Assembly: GCA_030390025.1 (NCBI GenBank) | Contig: CM059433.1 | Coordinates: 13,270,001-13,334,000, forward strand | Direction: 5' to 3' | Length of the DNA stretch: 64,000 nt | Source: Squalus acanthias | Lineage: Eukaryota | Translations under genes and position numbers: made by a program | Shown: one piece after another, positions 37,314-50,013 of the stretch | How positions within the stretch are numbered: the stretch's first letter is position 1 | Layout: every line of letters begins with the position of its first letter | The notes under the pieces: model-generated | Told to the model about the DNA's origin: nothing | The model's database searches: none | Seen by the model: the letters and a program-made list of their open reading frames with translations, nothing else

Positions 37314-39560
37314 CAATAATAACAACTTGCATTTATATAGGCGCCTTTAATATCGAAAAAAAAATCCCAAGTAACTTCACAGAGGTGTAAAGAAAAAAAT
37401 GGATGTGAGCCAAAGGAGAAGAGATTATAATGAGTGACCAAAAGCTTGGTTAAAGTGGTGAGTTTTAAAGAAGGTTTTAAAGAAAGAGAGGTAAAAGGGT
37501 TTAGAGAAGGAATTCCAGAGCATTGTGCTTCGGCCGCTGAAGGCACGGTTGCCAATGGTAGGATGAAAGGAGGGAGGGAGGGGAAGCTGCACAAGAGACC
37601 AGAGTCAGAGGAATGGTGAGTGTGGTGGGTGGGGGATTTAGGACTGAAGAGATAGGGAGGGGCATTTGCACACAGGTCTCAGATGTGCTGAAGTTTGTGA
37701 AGGGTGGAGGATGGATGGCAGAATCTGGAGTTGACAAAGACACGTATGAGGTTTAGATTTGTGAATGGGGTGAGGTAGAGGCAGAGACCAGCATCGTTAC
37801 AGAGATGTAAGTAGGCAGTCTTTGTGATGGAGAGGCGATAGATTCGGAAGTTCAGCTGAGGTTGAAAAGATATGGTTCAAACTGTAGCGGCTGGATTTTC
37901 TCAATGGAGACGAGTTGGAGGCGGGACTGCTGCTTGTCGGGTCAATGTCCCGCCTCCATCAACTTCTGGCCAACCAGCGTGATTTTCCCCTGATTGACCT
38001 TGTTAAGCCCGCCCTGCAGGCTCAGCAGGCCAATTAGGGGCGAAGTCACTGACCGAGCACGTCAACGTCTGACGTGCCATCTGTCAAGACTTCTTAAAAG
38101 AAGAAATGTCAGCGTTTGACAGCTCTGTGAAGCTGTCAAACACTGACATTCTCTGTAGTTTGATGAGCCCTTGTGTTCAGGACTCCTCAAACCTTTCAAC
38201 TTTGTCGATTTCAGGTTGCTGTTGGATCGGAGGATCCAACAGCCATTCTGTGAAATCGACAAGGAAGATGTCGGGTCTCCCGATCCAGAGAGGATGAAGG
38301 CTGTAGGAAGAAAAGATGGTAAGTGAACATTTTTTAAACACTTAACACTCACCTTCCATACTTACCACTCCACACTTGCACCCATCACTCACCTCTACAT
38401 CTTACTTCCAGGTGCCTCCGACCCCCGCAGACCTCCTTCATGTCTCTTCCAACCCGACGGGGTTCTCCGAGGTCGGGAAGCCTTCACCTGTGAAGGTAAA
38501 ATGGCACTAATCCTTTTTTCTGCCTATTAACTACCTGTTAACAGGCAGTTAAAAGGATTTAATCCCTTTCCTGCCTCGAGGAGACGGGACCCGAAGCAAC
38601 ACATCTTCCTGCCTCCTAGCAAAAGGGCATGGGGGCGGGCTTGCCATCCGCCCCCACTTTCTGCTACTTTACCGGCAGTCCTGCCTCCTCGGGGCTGAGA
38701 AAATCCAGCCCTCGGTGTCTGGGAAATGGGAATGGAGTTGGGGATGAGGATACGCCGTTTGTGATCGGGGCTGTAGATTGGGGCATTTGTCTTCACCAAA
38801 AGAGGAATTTATGGCTCATCCAAGACTAGATGTTGGATAAACAATCTGGCAAGACAAAGGCAGTGGAAGAGTTGAGAGAAGTGATGAAGAGGCAGAGCTG
38901 GCTGTCATTACGTACGTGTGGTAGTTGACTCTGGAAGGGGCCGATGGAGAGGGTTTTTGAGGAGAAGAGTAATGATCATGGCTTGGAACAGGAGAGGGAC
39001 AGTGCCTGGCAAAAGGAGGTTGTGTGGTAGGAGTTTAATTGGATCAAGGGAGCAGGAGATGTGTGTCTCATAGATGAGATGAGCTTGGAGAGGGCATGGG
39101 GGAGATGGGAGGGGGATGAAGCTTCTGGGTTAGAATAGGAAGGAACTGGGGGGTGGGTGGTGGTGGGAAGAGGTTTGGTTTGGACAAGGGGAAGGGGAGA
39201 AGCAGCTGAACAGATGTGATGAAGAAATTCATGTGTTCCTAGCAGTTGTTGTTGGAGGTGAAGGTGGAAGGACCAGAGGAGGGTTCAGTGAGACAGTTGC
39301 CCTAGTGTAAAGGAGCCTGCGATTATCCTTGCTCTCCAGGATGATCCTAGAGTGGAGTGGAGTACAAAGTACATTAGAGCTTGATGAGGTTGGAGTGATT
39401 GAATGCCTGAGGCAGTGGTGTACCAGATATGCTCAAGTTTGCGTCCTTTGCACCTGAGGGAGCGAAAACAGAAGCCATGACGGGGATGAGAACGTGTGAA
39501 AGTTTAGCTTGGGATGAGGGTATTGAAGGTGGAGGTAAGGCGGTAGTTTTGTTGGGGATG
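37314..39560 (-). mobile_element. Old L2 LINE split by the MITE at 37888-38711
   Basis: L2 tail at 37314-37345. RT remnants (TYVMTASSAS, a decayed YADDTQL region) lie right of the MITE. The right boundary is approximate. Confidence 0.65.
37888..38711. mobile_element. Harbinger-type MITE
   Basis: TIRs (C)GGCTGGATTTTCTCA / TGAGAAAATCCAGCCC with flanks TAG/TCG. Related to 63652-64000. Confidence 0.8.
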
Positions 39561-39784
39561 AAAGAAAGAAGGAAAATGCAGGCGATTCACCCTAACATTT
39601 AACCATGCAATCTGCATTTCCCTCCCCCACCAGGACTGCTGCTGGCCTCTCCTTCCCCAACCCTCATGCAAATGGCAGCTGGGGTGTGGGTCCCCTCAGC
39701 TCACTAGAGAAGGGGCTTGCAATTTCGAGACACTACTTTACTGGCGGCGGCCCTTGGGTATGTCCTGGGTGAGGGGGCGCCGAC

Positions 39785-39930
39785 CGGGAGAGAGAGGGGT
39801 CGACTGGAAAGAGAAGGGAGGGCAATGAAGGAGCGGGTGACTAGAAGAGAGAGGGGTCGACTGGGAGAGAGGGAGGGGGAGGGGCGATTGAGAGAGGGAG
39901 GGAGTGACTGGGAGAGAGAGAGAGGGGGGC
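39785..39930 (+). repeat. Purine/G-rich low-complexity repeat
   Basis: Repeated GAGAGAGGGGTCGACTGG / GTGACTGGGAGAG units. Confidence 0.7.
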
Positions 39931-40730
39931 GGGCGATCGGGAGCCGACCCAGTCTTCAGAGCTGCAGTGGAGCTGGAAGGTGCTCTCCTGCTCCTTTCTA
40001 TTTTTGTTTTTTTAATCCAACTTTTATTTTTCCATCTCTTTTTTTCTTTCTGTAATCTTGCTCCTCTTGCCAGAGTCCAAATACAGTTTCTGATGGCTCC
40101 TCGCCAAGGCAATGTACGGCACTTTTGCCACGTAAAAATAGTCACTAAGATTCTGAATCTGTGTATTTTTTTCAGTGCACTATGGAGTTTTACTTGGAGC
40201 GGCTGGACTTGGTCACAGCCTTTGTCCCTTCCGACACGACCAGCACCCCGGGGCAGCAGCAGGTGCACGGTGATCGGTCACCTCAAAGTCAAAGTAGACC
40301 CCACTTAGTTTATGTGAGGTGGACTGTGGATTAGATACAGTGCAAAGGTCCTATAATCCCAACTTCGGAATGGTATTCCTTGCTGCACCAGTGTGACGTT
40401 TTTGTCTCCTATAACAGATACCCTCGTGGTTTCTCTGAGTGAGACGGACGATTGGTCGCAATTAGTCTCATGTCACGTAGCAGTTATGCGCTGTGGGCTC
40501 ATGCCTGCTCGAACTGAATTGGCTTCCTTTAGATGTAACCTCCGACCTTTCTGGTATGCGGTATCTAGAATCATAGAAATTTACAGCACGGAAGGAGGCC
40601 ATTTCGGCCCATCGTGTCTGCGCCGGCCGACAAAGAGCTATCCAGCCTAATCCCACTTTTCCAACTCTTGGTCCGTTGCCCTGTAGGTTACGGCACTTCC
40701 AAGTGCACATCCAAGCACTTTTTAAATGTG

Positions 40731-40929
40731 TGAGAAGTCGCACAACACCAGGTTATAGTCCAACAGTTTTATTTGAAATCACAAGCTTTCGGAGCGCTGC
40801 TCCTTCGTCAGGTGAAGGAGCAGCGCTCCGAAAGCTTGTGATTTCAAATAAAACTGTTGGACTATAACCTGGTGTTGTGCGACTTCTCACATTTGTCCAC
40901 CCCAGTCCAACACCGGCATCTCCACATCA
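40731..40929. mobile_element. Non-autonomous Penelope family B palindromic insertion
   Basis: Perfect 78-bp arms (40729-40806, 40814-40891) with a 7-nt loop. 12-bp TSD TTTTTAAATGTG (40719-40730, 40930-40941). Same sequence as the terminal repeat at 28829-28953. Confidence 0.9.
40779..40815 (-). ncRNA. Minimal type I hammerhead ribozyme motif
   Basis: tcac-CTGACGA-a-ggagc agc gctcc-GAAA-gc-TT-gtga. Confidence 0.72.
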
Positions 40930-41196
40930 TTTTTAAATGTGGTGAGGGTTTCTGCCTCTACCAGCCTTTCAGGCAGTGAGTTCCAGACCCCCACCACCCT
41001 CTGGGTGAAGAAATTTCGCCTCAAATCTCTTCTAAACCTCCGACCAATTACTTTAAATCTGTGCCCCCTGGTTCTTGACCTCTCTGCTAGGGGAAATAGG
41101 TCCTTTCTATCCACTCTATCTAGGCCCCTCATAATTTTATACACCTCAATTAGGTCTCCCCTCAGCTCCTCTGTTCCAAAGAAAACAAACCCCTAT

Positions 41197-41463
41197 GGGG
41201 GCAATTTTAACCTAAGCCTGCGCCCCCCAGGTCGGGAAACTGACGAGATCGAATGCAACGCTGGTTTAACACCCTGCCCGATTTTACTCTCCGGTGAAGT
41301 CAGCTTCAGAATTCCCGTTCCCAACGATCGTTGGCTGAATGGGAGTCATTTTCACCAGCACTGCCTGAAATCAATAGTAATGAAAATCGGGCAGGCTCTA
41401 TAACGGCCGCGCGGTCCACTCTGCTGGTTCACCACCCAAACGGTGAAGGTGAAAATCACCCCC
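41197..41463. mobile_element. Short MITE
   Basis: Imperfect TIRs GGGGGCAATTTTAACC / GGTGAAAATCACCCCC. Confidence 0.55.
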
Positions 41464-41574
41464 AGTGCGTGCAGCGGCAGCACATATCTTTTCACTGGCA
41501 TTGAAAATATTTAAAGAAAAACACATGAGATTATGGTAAGCAATTTGTCTATTTATAGTTCACTCTGTAATTTG

Positions 41575-41703
41575 AACATAAGAAACAGGAGCAGGAGTCG
41601 GCCAATCGGCCCCTCGAGCCTGCTCCGCCATTCAATAAGATCATGGCTGATCCAATCTTGGCCTCAACACCACTTTCCCGCTCTCTCCCCATACCCCTTG
41701 ATT
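41575..41703 (-). mobile_element. CR1 3'UTR fragment
   Basis: AACATAAGAAACAGGAGCAGGAG..GGCCCCTCGAGCCTGCTCC. Confidence 0.8.
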
Positions 41704-41911
41704 TGGATTTCATTTACACTTTCAGTGGTAAGTGTCCCAGGTAAATGATCATTATTCTTTCATTTAGATGCAATCATAATTCACCTTTTCATCAAAAAGC
41801 ATTGAATCTATAAATTGCTCCTTTGCATTTCAAAATTAATTTAGTTGCATGAAACCTTGTGATCATTTATTCTGCCCAAGAATGTGTTGCACACTGAGGA
41901 AAGTTCACCGT

Positions 41912-42018
41912 GAAAGAAAGACTTACATTTATATAGCGCCTTTCACGACCACCGGACTTCTCTCAGCGCTTTACAACCAATGAAGTACTTTTTTGGCGTG
42001 TAGTCACTGTTGTAATGT
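41912..42018 (-). mobile_element. DeuSINE 3' fragment
   Basis: Reverse complement of 42388-42497. Confidence 0.8.
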
Positions 42019-42040
42019 CACATCACATCACAGCATCCTA

Positions 42041-42497
42041 GTGTCAGCTGTGGCTCCGTTGGTAGCACTCTCGCCTCTGAGTCAGAAGGTTGTGGGTTCA
42101 CAGCCCCACTCCAGGGACTCGATCACATAAAGCTAGGCTAACACTCCAGTGCAGTGCTGAGGGAGTGCTGCACTGTTGGAGGTGCTGTTAAACCGAGGCC
42201 CCGTCTGCTCTCTCAGGTGGATGTAAAAGATCCCATGGCACTATTTCGAAGAAGAGCAGGGGAGTTATCCCCGGTGTCCTGGCCAATAGTTATCCCTCAA
42301 TCAACATTACAAAAACAGATTGTCTGGTCATTATCACATTGCTGTTTGTGGGAGCTTGCTGTGCGCGAATTGGCTGCCGCGTTTCCTACATTACAACAGT
42401 GACTACACTTCAAAAAGTACTTCATTGGCTGTAAAGCGCTTTGGGATGTCCGGTGGTCGTGAAAGGCGCTATATAAATGCAAGTCTCTTTTTTCTTT
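42041..42497 (+). mobile_element. DeuSINE (SacSINE1-like)
   Basis: Head, Deu core and tail as at 7976-8445. Confidence 0.88.
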
Positions 42498-42789
42498 AAC
42501 ATCACTGTGGACTGTAAATAGTGACTAATGCAAAAAGGAACTGAGGCAAATTAAATGGTTTATGAAAATTTTAAATCATCAGCAACTTTTTGTAAGTATA
42601 ATGGATTCAAACCATCTGTTACTTCAGTAACACTCAGCAAATTTTCTGCAAAAGGTACAGTTTGCCGAATACTGCTAGATTTCTTCTCAAAAATCTTGCT
42701 GGTAAATTTTAAACGTCTTGGTAATAATATTCAGATTTAACATTGAAAGAGCATAAACACAGCTCCCCCCATAATGTGGCCAGATTTGT

Positions 42790-43330
42790 CGCAGGTCAAT
42801 CATCACAGCCCCAAGACATCGCTGCAGGAGTTCCTCAGGGCAGTGTCCTAGGCCCAACCATCTTCAGCTGCTCGACACCATCCAGGACAAAGCAGCCCGC
42901 TTGTTTGGCACCCCATCCACCACCTTAAACATTCACTCCCTCCACCACCGGCGTACCGTGGCTGCAGTGTGCACCATCTACAAGATGCACTGCAGCAACT
43001 CGCCAAGGCTTCTGCGGCAGCACCTCCAAACCCACGACCTCTTCCACCTAGAAGGACAAGGGCAGCAGGCGCATGGGAACACCACCACCTCCAAGTTCCC
43101 CTCCAAGTCACACACCATCCTGACTTAGAAGTATATCAGCCGTTCCTTCATCGTCGCTGGGTCAAAATCCTGGAACTCCCTATCTAGCAGCACTGTGGGA
43201 GTACATTCACCACACGGACTGCAGCGGTTCAAGAAGGCGGCTCACCAGCACCACCTCGAGGGCAATTAGGGATGGGCAATAAATGCTGGCCTTGCCAGTG
43301 ACGCCCACATCCCGTAAACGAATAAAAAAC
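42790..43330 (+). mobile_element. CR1-like LINE family B, internally deleted 3' part
   Basis: GVPQGSVLGPTIFSC is fused directly to the post-RT region. The tail ends AATAAAAAA. Confidence 0.85.
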
Positions 43331-43649
43331 ATTTTAAAATGGGTCTAAATGTTTGTGATGCGTGGCATTCAGCGGATGAGTGTTGGGAATGGGAATTCTG
43401 AAGCGTTGGTGCGTCTGCAAATGCTGGTTCTAACTATATGGTGGTGCGATTTACTGAACCGCACAGAATTACTGTTGGTGAAGAAAGGGTTGGCGGTTGG
43501 CAATCCTCAGAGCTAGTTTTTGCGCATGGACATGCTCCTCAGGAAGACCGCAACAACATTTGGCAGATGATCTTGCCAAAAAGTTCGTGTTGTCTCCCAA
43601 GCTAAAAGATCCATCGTGGTCCTCAGTATTACTTATTACTCTGTATTAC

Positions 43650-44111
43650 AGTGTGAGCTGTGGGTTAGTGGAAGTACCCTCGGCTCTGATTCAGAAGGTC
43701 GTGGGTTCAAGCCCCACTCCAGAGGCTTGTGCACATAATCTCGGCTGGCACTCCAGTGCAGAACTGAGGGAGTGCTGCACTGTCAGAGGTGCTGTCTTTT
43801 GGATGAGACATTAAACCGAGGTCCTGTCTGCCCCCTCAGGTGCACGTAAAAGATCCCATGGCACTGTTTCGAAGAGCAGGGGAGTTCTCCCCGGTGTCCT
43901 GGACAATATTTATCTCTCAACCAACGTCACTGAAAGATTATTTGGTCATTATCACATTGGTGTTTGTGGGGTCTTGCTGTGCGCAAATTGGCTGCCGCGT
44001 TTCCTACATTACAACAGTGACTACGCTTCAAAAGTACTTCATTGGTGGTAAAGCGTTTTGGGACATCCTGAGGCCATGAAAGGTGCGATATAAAATGCAA
44101 GTCTTCCTTCT
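43650..44111 (+). mobile_element. DeuSINE (SacSINE1-like)
   Basis: Colinear with the other copies. Confidence 0.85.
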
Positions 44112-44399
44112 TGGAAAAGTAGTAAAATGTGCCAGATCAGCATAGTTCATTGGGGGGGAAGGAGCTTCTGCACAGGAACAAACTCAGCAAGGAGGCTGTG
44201 TAGTTTCAGGCGTAACATAGGTTTGGGACGGTAATGCATGCTGTCACTGGCCATCCACATGTGTGGTAAAGTAGCATTATCTGAGAGATGTCTGATTGTG
44301 CAAAGGTAATCTGAGAGCTGTGTGCAGTCAGTTAGATCCTGGTTATTTAGAAACCTACTCATTTGTTAGAAGTCAAATTTGACCTGTTGTGCTGCACAG

Positions 44400-45780
44400 A
44401 CTCAGGAAATCAGATATTAGGACATGCATACCTGACAAAAGCATCTGTCATCTGAAGTGCAGCGCAATGAAAAAAGGTCCTTTGTCAAGTCTTAAACTAT
44501 TGCGAAGTAAATCATTTTAATGCTGCAGTAACCAGGACAAAGAAAGGCATTTCTGACCAGACTACAATCCGCCTGAGTGCATAATAGAGATACATAGTCG
44601 ACCTCATGATGACTTATCCCAAAAGATCCTCTCCTGGAACGGCTGGAAATATCTTCAACAGTTAGAGATCAAATCTACCTTTCATCATAACTTTCCTAAA
44701 ATAAATCCCTATCGTGCTCTTTGCACATTAAGGTTGATGTTGTAAAAATGAAATCAGTAGCAATGATATGTGGTGCTTATCGATTTAAAAAAAAAAGTCT
44801 CTCTCATCTGATTCTCTGCAAAATGATAATTTGCAGATGGGTGAAGTTCAGTGGGATGCACTGGATGCTTGAGAAGTGGTAGCTGCTTTGTCACACGAGC
44901 AGTATACCTTCAAGAATAAGATGACTCTCGGGCAGATTAAGTGCCTCAGTTGGTGGAACAGGCTAGGTGAGGATAGCTGGTCATTGCAAGGGAAGGCCTG
45001 TCCCCATCCTATGTGCATAAGGAAGGACTGTAGCAGTGCAAGAGTCTAATGGCAAGTGCTATGTGAACATGGAGTGTGTCAAAGGTCATTGACTGAGGCA
45101 CATCAGGGGTTGCTGACATTCCATTGCAGTTAATCATACCACAGGCCATTGGATAAAGATGTGTTTGGCCTATAGTCTGAGGCTGAACCAGCACAACATC
45201 TTGCTCACTTAAAGAAACTTCATCTGCAGATGCATTTCTTTCATAAGGAAAGATCTGTGGCATTTGATGGACAATTAAGTGGCCATCATGGGTGAACTGA
45301 GAAGCCCGATTTAGAAATTATACTGCCAAGATTGAATGGGGAAGTGGCTATAAAAGGTGTCCTAGATACTGCCGGCCTCATTTTTGCCTTGAACAGTATA
45401 CCATGACAGACAAGTCATCACAATCAGTTGGTCAAAAAAACAATCAAACATAAAATTCAGATATCCATAGTAGTTGCAATGTGGAACATCATCAGATCAC
45501 TACTCAACACCTACGAAAATGGTAATCGACCAGAAAAGAGAACCCCTTTATTGTAAGAGAACTCTCACTTTATAATCTAAAGATAACAGAGATGTGCTGC
45601 AGAAAGAGAGCAGAATGCAATAGAGTCTGTCAATCAGCCTACAGAGTCATTTCTGTGCATGCACTTTTGTGATTGTCCCTCACAAATTGGCCTTATGAGC
45701 TACAAAAGGCACAAACCAGGATCATTCTGAAAGACAGTGCAGTCTTTGCCAAAATGACATCACAACCATTATTATAACAT
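44400..45780 (+). mobile_element. Possible ancient RTE-like LINE remnant
   Basis: C..C..SQIGLMSYKRH-like remnant at ~45655-45712. The rest is very decayed and the left boundary is a guess. Confidence 0.3.
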
Positions 45781-45849
45781 TGAAAAATATTTTTAGACTA
45801 ATTTGTTGATCCATGTCCATATCTATGTTTCTTATTTTGAACAATAAGC

Positions 45850-45965
45850 GAGTCAAGGGTTATGGGGAGCAGGCAGGAAAGTGGAGTTGAGGCCAAGACC
45901 AGATTGAATGGCGGAGCAGGCTCGAGGGGCCGAATGGCCAACTCCTGCTCCTATTTCTTATGTTT
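45850..45965 (+). mobile_element. CR1 3'UTR fragment
   Basis: AAGGGTTATGGGGAGCAGGCAGGAAAGTGGAGTTGAGG..CTCCTGCTCCTATTTCTTATG. Confidence 0.8.
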
Positions 45966-47013
45966 CTAACAGCTTAATATCTGTATTTATTATTATCTCC
46001 AGGGTATTCGTTCTGCAACACTAAAGTTCATGATTAATCCACAGTTGCAAACAACAGATGTTTGACACTGTGCAAGAAATTTGCAGAACAGTTATGAATG
46101 TTCAAAGTCTTTGCAAATATAAACCTAAAGACACCTTTGTAAAAGATATTCGTGAATGAATGAGTCACAAAACTATTTTTAATGCATTATAGGGGCAGAA
46201 GTACTTCACTGCTTGTATTCAACAATTCCTTATGAGGGAAGTGGATACTATTGAATTTTCAGCTCATCCTAAACATTACACAGGGAAATTCCTGTATACT
46301 TATTGGGGTCTCGCAATAAGCACTTGTTATCATATTTCATGACCACATTAAAACTGCTGGTTAGCGGTAGCCCTTTTGTGTAAAGGTCCCTATGGTGTGA
46401 CATCATGAAGTTCTGCTCCAGTGACACTGTGAATGAGAACAACTTCCTCCAGCCCAACATTCCCACTCCGTAAGATCACTAGAGTAGAACTTTCCATGAT
46501 CACATCAAGGGGCAGCTCTACGCACAATGCTTGTTCCCAGCCTATCTCGAATTTGCAGCAAGCTGTGACTGAGCGACACCAATAAGTGTAAACACTCCTC
46601 CCTGTCTATCATTTATGATTGTGCAATAGATAGTTCAATGCAAGGTTCATTCCTTGTAAAATGCCAAGCTAGAATTCCATTGAACACCAGACAGGTGGGG
46701 ATATAAAAGTGTCCTAAGCACCACAGCAGGAGCAGTCAAGTTAATGAAATGAGAGTTCAAGGGTATGATTTATCTGGTTCCACATAATTACCTGGATGAT
46801 TTTATGCTTCAGTCGGCATACTCTAGGGATTTATAAAGTGGTTCTAATGGACAAAAGGGCAATAATTATGCACTAAACTTCCACAAGTATGTTAAATATT
46901 CCCAGATGTATAAGTAAATACAGTAGATCCTTAATAATAACATCTTGGGAAGCTCTAGAAGAGAGAGATATCGTGAGGGTGTGGTACAGAAAGAGTGCTT
47001 GTGGGATTCCTCT

Positions 47014-47352
47014 GACACGGCAAGAGAGCCCCAGGTGGGCAGAGGAAACGCTTCAAGGACACCCTCAAAGCCTCCTTGAAAAAGTGTAACATCCCCACCG
47101 ACACCTGGGAATCCCTGGCCCAAGACCACACAAAATGGAGGAGAAGCATCCGGGAAGGCGCCGAACACCTCGAGTCTCTTCGCTGGGAGCAAGTGGAAGG
47201 AACGCATGTCCACCCACCCGCCCCTTCAACCACCGTCTGCCCCAACTGTGACAGAGACTGTCGGTCCCGCATTGGACTCATCAGTCACCTGAGAACTCAT
47301 TTTTAATGTGGAAACAAGTCATCCTCGGTTCCGAGGGACTGCCTAAGAAGAA
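47014..47352 (+). mobile_element. RTE-clade LINE 3' end
   Basis: CPNCDRDCRSRIGLISHLRTHF. 9-bp TSD GATTCCTCT (47005-47013, 47353-47361). Near-identical to 2843-3211. Confidence 0.9.
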
Positions 47353-50013
47353 GATTCCTCTATTAATGGGAGAATCAAAGAATGCATGTTGTATCAAATA
47401 ACATGGTAATAAGAGGACAGTGTCACAATAAGGGAGCTGTGGCAGAAAATAGAATTTTCCTGTATCAGCTGATGTATCACAGAGCATTCTTCAGTAATCT
47501 TGCCATCCCTGACCATGAAAGTGGCAGACGCCATCCCTGATCAGTGCCAACCTCAGCCAGGCTTGTAATAGGGCAGCCATATTTCCCATCAGCATTCTGA
47601 CTACGGGAGGGGAAAAATCAGCCACTGTTTTAATTGCTGATCACTATCTAATGACCCTGGTTGGCAAGTACAGATGTGATGCTCCCGTCAGTCAAATAGT
47701 TTGCTAACACACACTTTAAAGCCTGTTTTACAGTTGTCCAATGTAAACACAGAACTTGTTGTCCTTTTCAAAGGCCAATAATGGGGAGCTCTGCAGTCTG
47801 ACTATGAAAATGTATTAAACTTGTTAAGTTGAAGTTTAAATGGTACATTAAATAACAGCTGGATTTGAGTGCCTTATGAACTGTAACAGACTTCATTTAA
47901 ACTGTTATCCTGTATGTAATGTAATATGTTAGCGAGTTGGGTTACTTTGCATTTCATCCACCTTAATGAAAGTCTCTCAGGCTTTTATAAGGCAGGTTTA
48001 GGATTAAATATGAATAAAGAAGCTCTGTAATCCATCAGTCTGATTTCAAGCCAGATTGGCGTGAAAGCCCAGTGCCTCGCCCACTGCATCGCCCAATCCC
48101 CCTTGCTGCAATTTCGAACTGTTCTTGCAGAAAATGTGGAAGTCTGGAAGAGTAATAAGCTCTTGTTTTTGTGACCAGACATGTTCTTCTATTCTGTGAC
48201 CAAGACGGAATCTTAATAATCAAATCTGGTTAAACAACTTGAAAAGTAGTCATGGTTATGTAGTACAGCTTGTGTTCATTCTTTACACTTATTTCAGTGA
48301 ATTCCTTTAACTATATCTATATTGATGACTTTTTTTTTCGAGTACTGGTAGAGTGCCAGGAAATTTATGGGTAAAATAATTCTTTTCTTTGGATCTCCAA
48401 CATTTATTTAAAACCATTAAGATGAAATCTATATAACATCTGCTTTAACAACCATAGTTTTCCTTGAAAACATATGCAAAAGAATTTACAATCTGCACTT
48501 TATAAATGAAGATGATGGACTACTTTAAATTATTTCTTCTTCATTGTCAAGTAATTAGAGATGGCTCCATTACAACTTGGAACAAGTATGAATGGATATT
48601 GTGTAGAGACAGTTGTTGGGCCATCCAGGTATATTTTCCTCATTTAGAAATAATTGGTGAAATTTCCTGTTTTTAAGTATTAACTGATCATCAAATAGCC
48701 ATGGGGTATGTTGGCTTCATCAAGGGGGTTTGTATTCACTGAAAAAGAAACCAATTTTTTAACCTTAGTTCGTAACTCTAATCTTTCAATTCCTGGTATT
48801 GTTCCAGTGAATATTCACTGTATCCTTTTCATTGTTTTTATATCTTTCTTATAATGGGTGCCCAGACCTGCATGCAGTAATCCAACTGTGGCCAACTCAA
48901 CATCATTTCCTTGCTTACATATTCAATACCTTGGTGGTATGAAACCCAAATTTTGAAAGGAGTTTTATAACTGGAGCCGTCAAAGTTTGAAAAGAGCTAA
49001 TAATGAAAATGGCCCATTCCGTTGTGTGTAAAGGTAGTGCAAGTGCAAGTGTAGTGGTAAAGGCAGTGTATTTTTTTCTTGTACTTGGACATTACCATAC
49101 ACAGAACAGATCAATACAAACACACCGCTTCCACTGGATATTTCATTGTCATTTTGTTTGAAAAAGTGAGTAACTTCAGCAAACATAGATCTTGTAACAA
49201 AGAAAGAAAAATCTTCTGATACAAATGAAAATAAAACCCCTTGCCGAATTTGAAGGCCACTGAAAAGGATGACGTGCCCCGCAAAACATTGCTGCCAGCA
49301 GGAGAAGTGTCTGATCTGCTGCTGGCTCTCATCCATCTTCTTTCCCCTGCAGCTCTTTCTCTTCCCGTTACCACTCATGTGCCTCCTTTACAAAGCCTCA
49401 TAGTCAATGGCCATGCTGTGTAACATTCAATACCTTTACAATGTTTGAAGGGCAATATGATAAGACCTCATTGCTTCTGTGCAATCCAAGCATCAGAAGC
49501 ATTTCTGGAGCGCACCTCAATTTTACTCTAACTGCCCCTGGTTATTGTGTGCGCTTGAGGATATGTACGCTGAGCTTTTGTACAGGGGTTGACCAGACAT
49601 ATTACCATCCATGGATGTCCCATGTATCCCTCATCTCTTCCTGCCTGGTTCGTGTACATTGACATGCACGATTGTGAGCAGGTGATCACAAACCCTATGA
49701 GAAACTGGAAACCTACCTGCTCATACACAGCTCAGATTTTTGATCAGGCACATGATTGGCTATAGGTGTGCAGTTAATAATGCCCTGCATTTTGAGGAAG
49801 TGGGTCAACTTGTAAAAGCCAAGTTGCCTTTCAGCCTGTTGGTGGTCCGTGCTGAAGAGTCTGAACTGGTGTGCCTTTGTCGAGATCTTTTCTCCCAGCA
49901 GTTTGCTCCACAGTCGCTGACTATAGTCATGTCTGAAAAGCACCAGTGTCATACAAGTTGTTACCTTGCATCACATTTTAGGATTTCTGACTATACTGCC
50001 ACTGGGGGACCTT

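Larger units (their letters stand above)
40567..41192 (-). mobile_element. CR1 LINE 3' fragment interrupted by a Penelope palindrome
   Basis: YKIMRGLDRVDRKDLFP..WNSLPE and a (TAGAATCA) tail. Confidence 0.88.

Noticed and set aside
39738..40268. 176-aa minus-strand ORF
   Set aside because: Open because of the low-complexity purine repeat; no domain.
40729..40891. Hairpin as a pre-miRNA, terminator or CRISPR-like repeat
   Set aside because: Fully explained by an inverted Penelope terminal repeat with a TSD; eukaryotic context and no spacer array.
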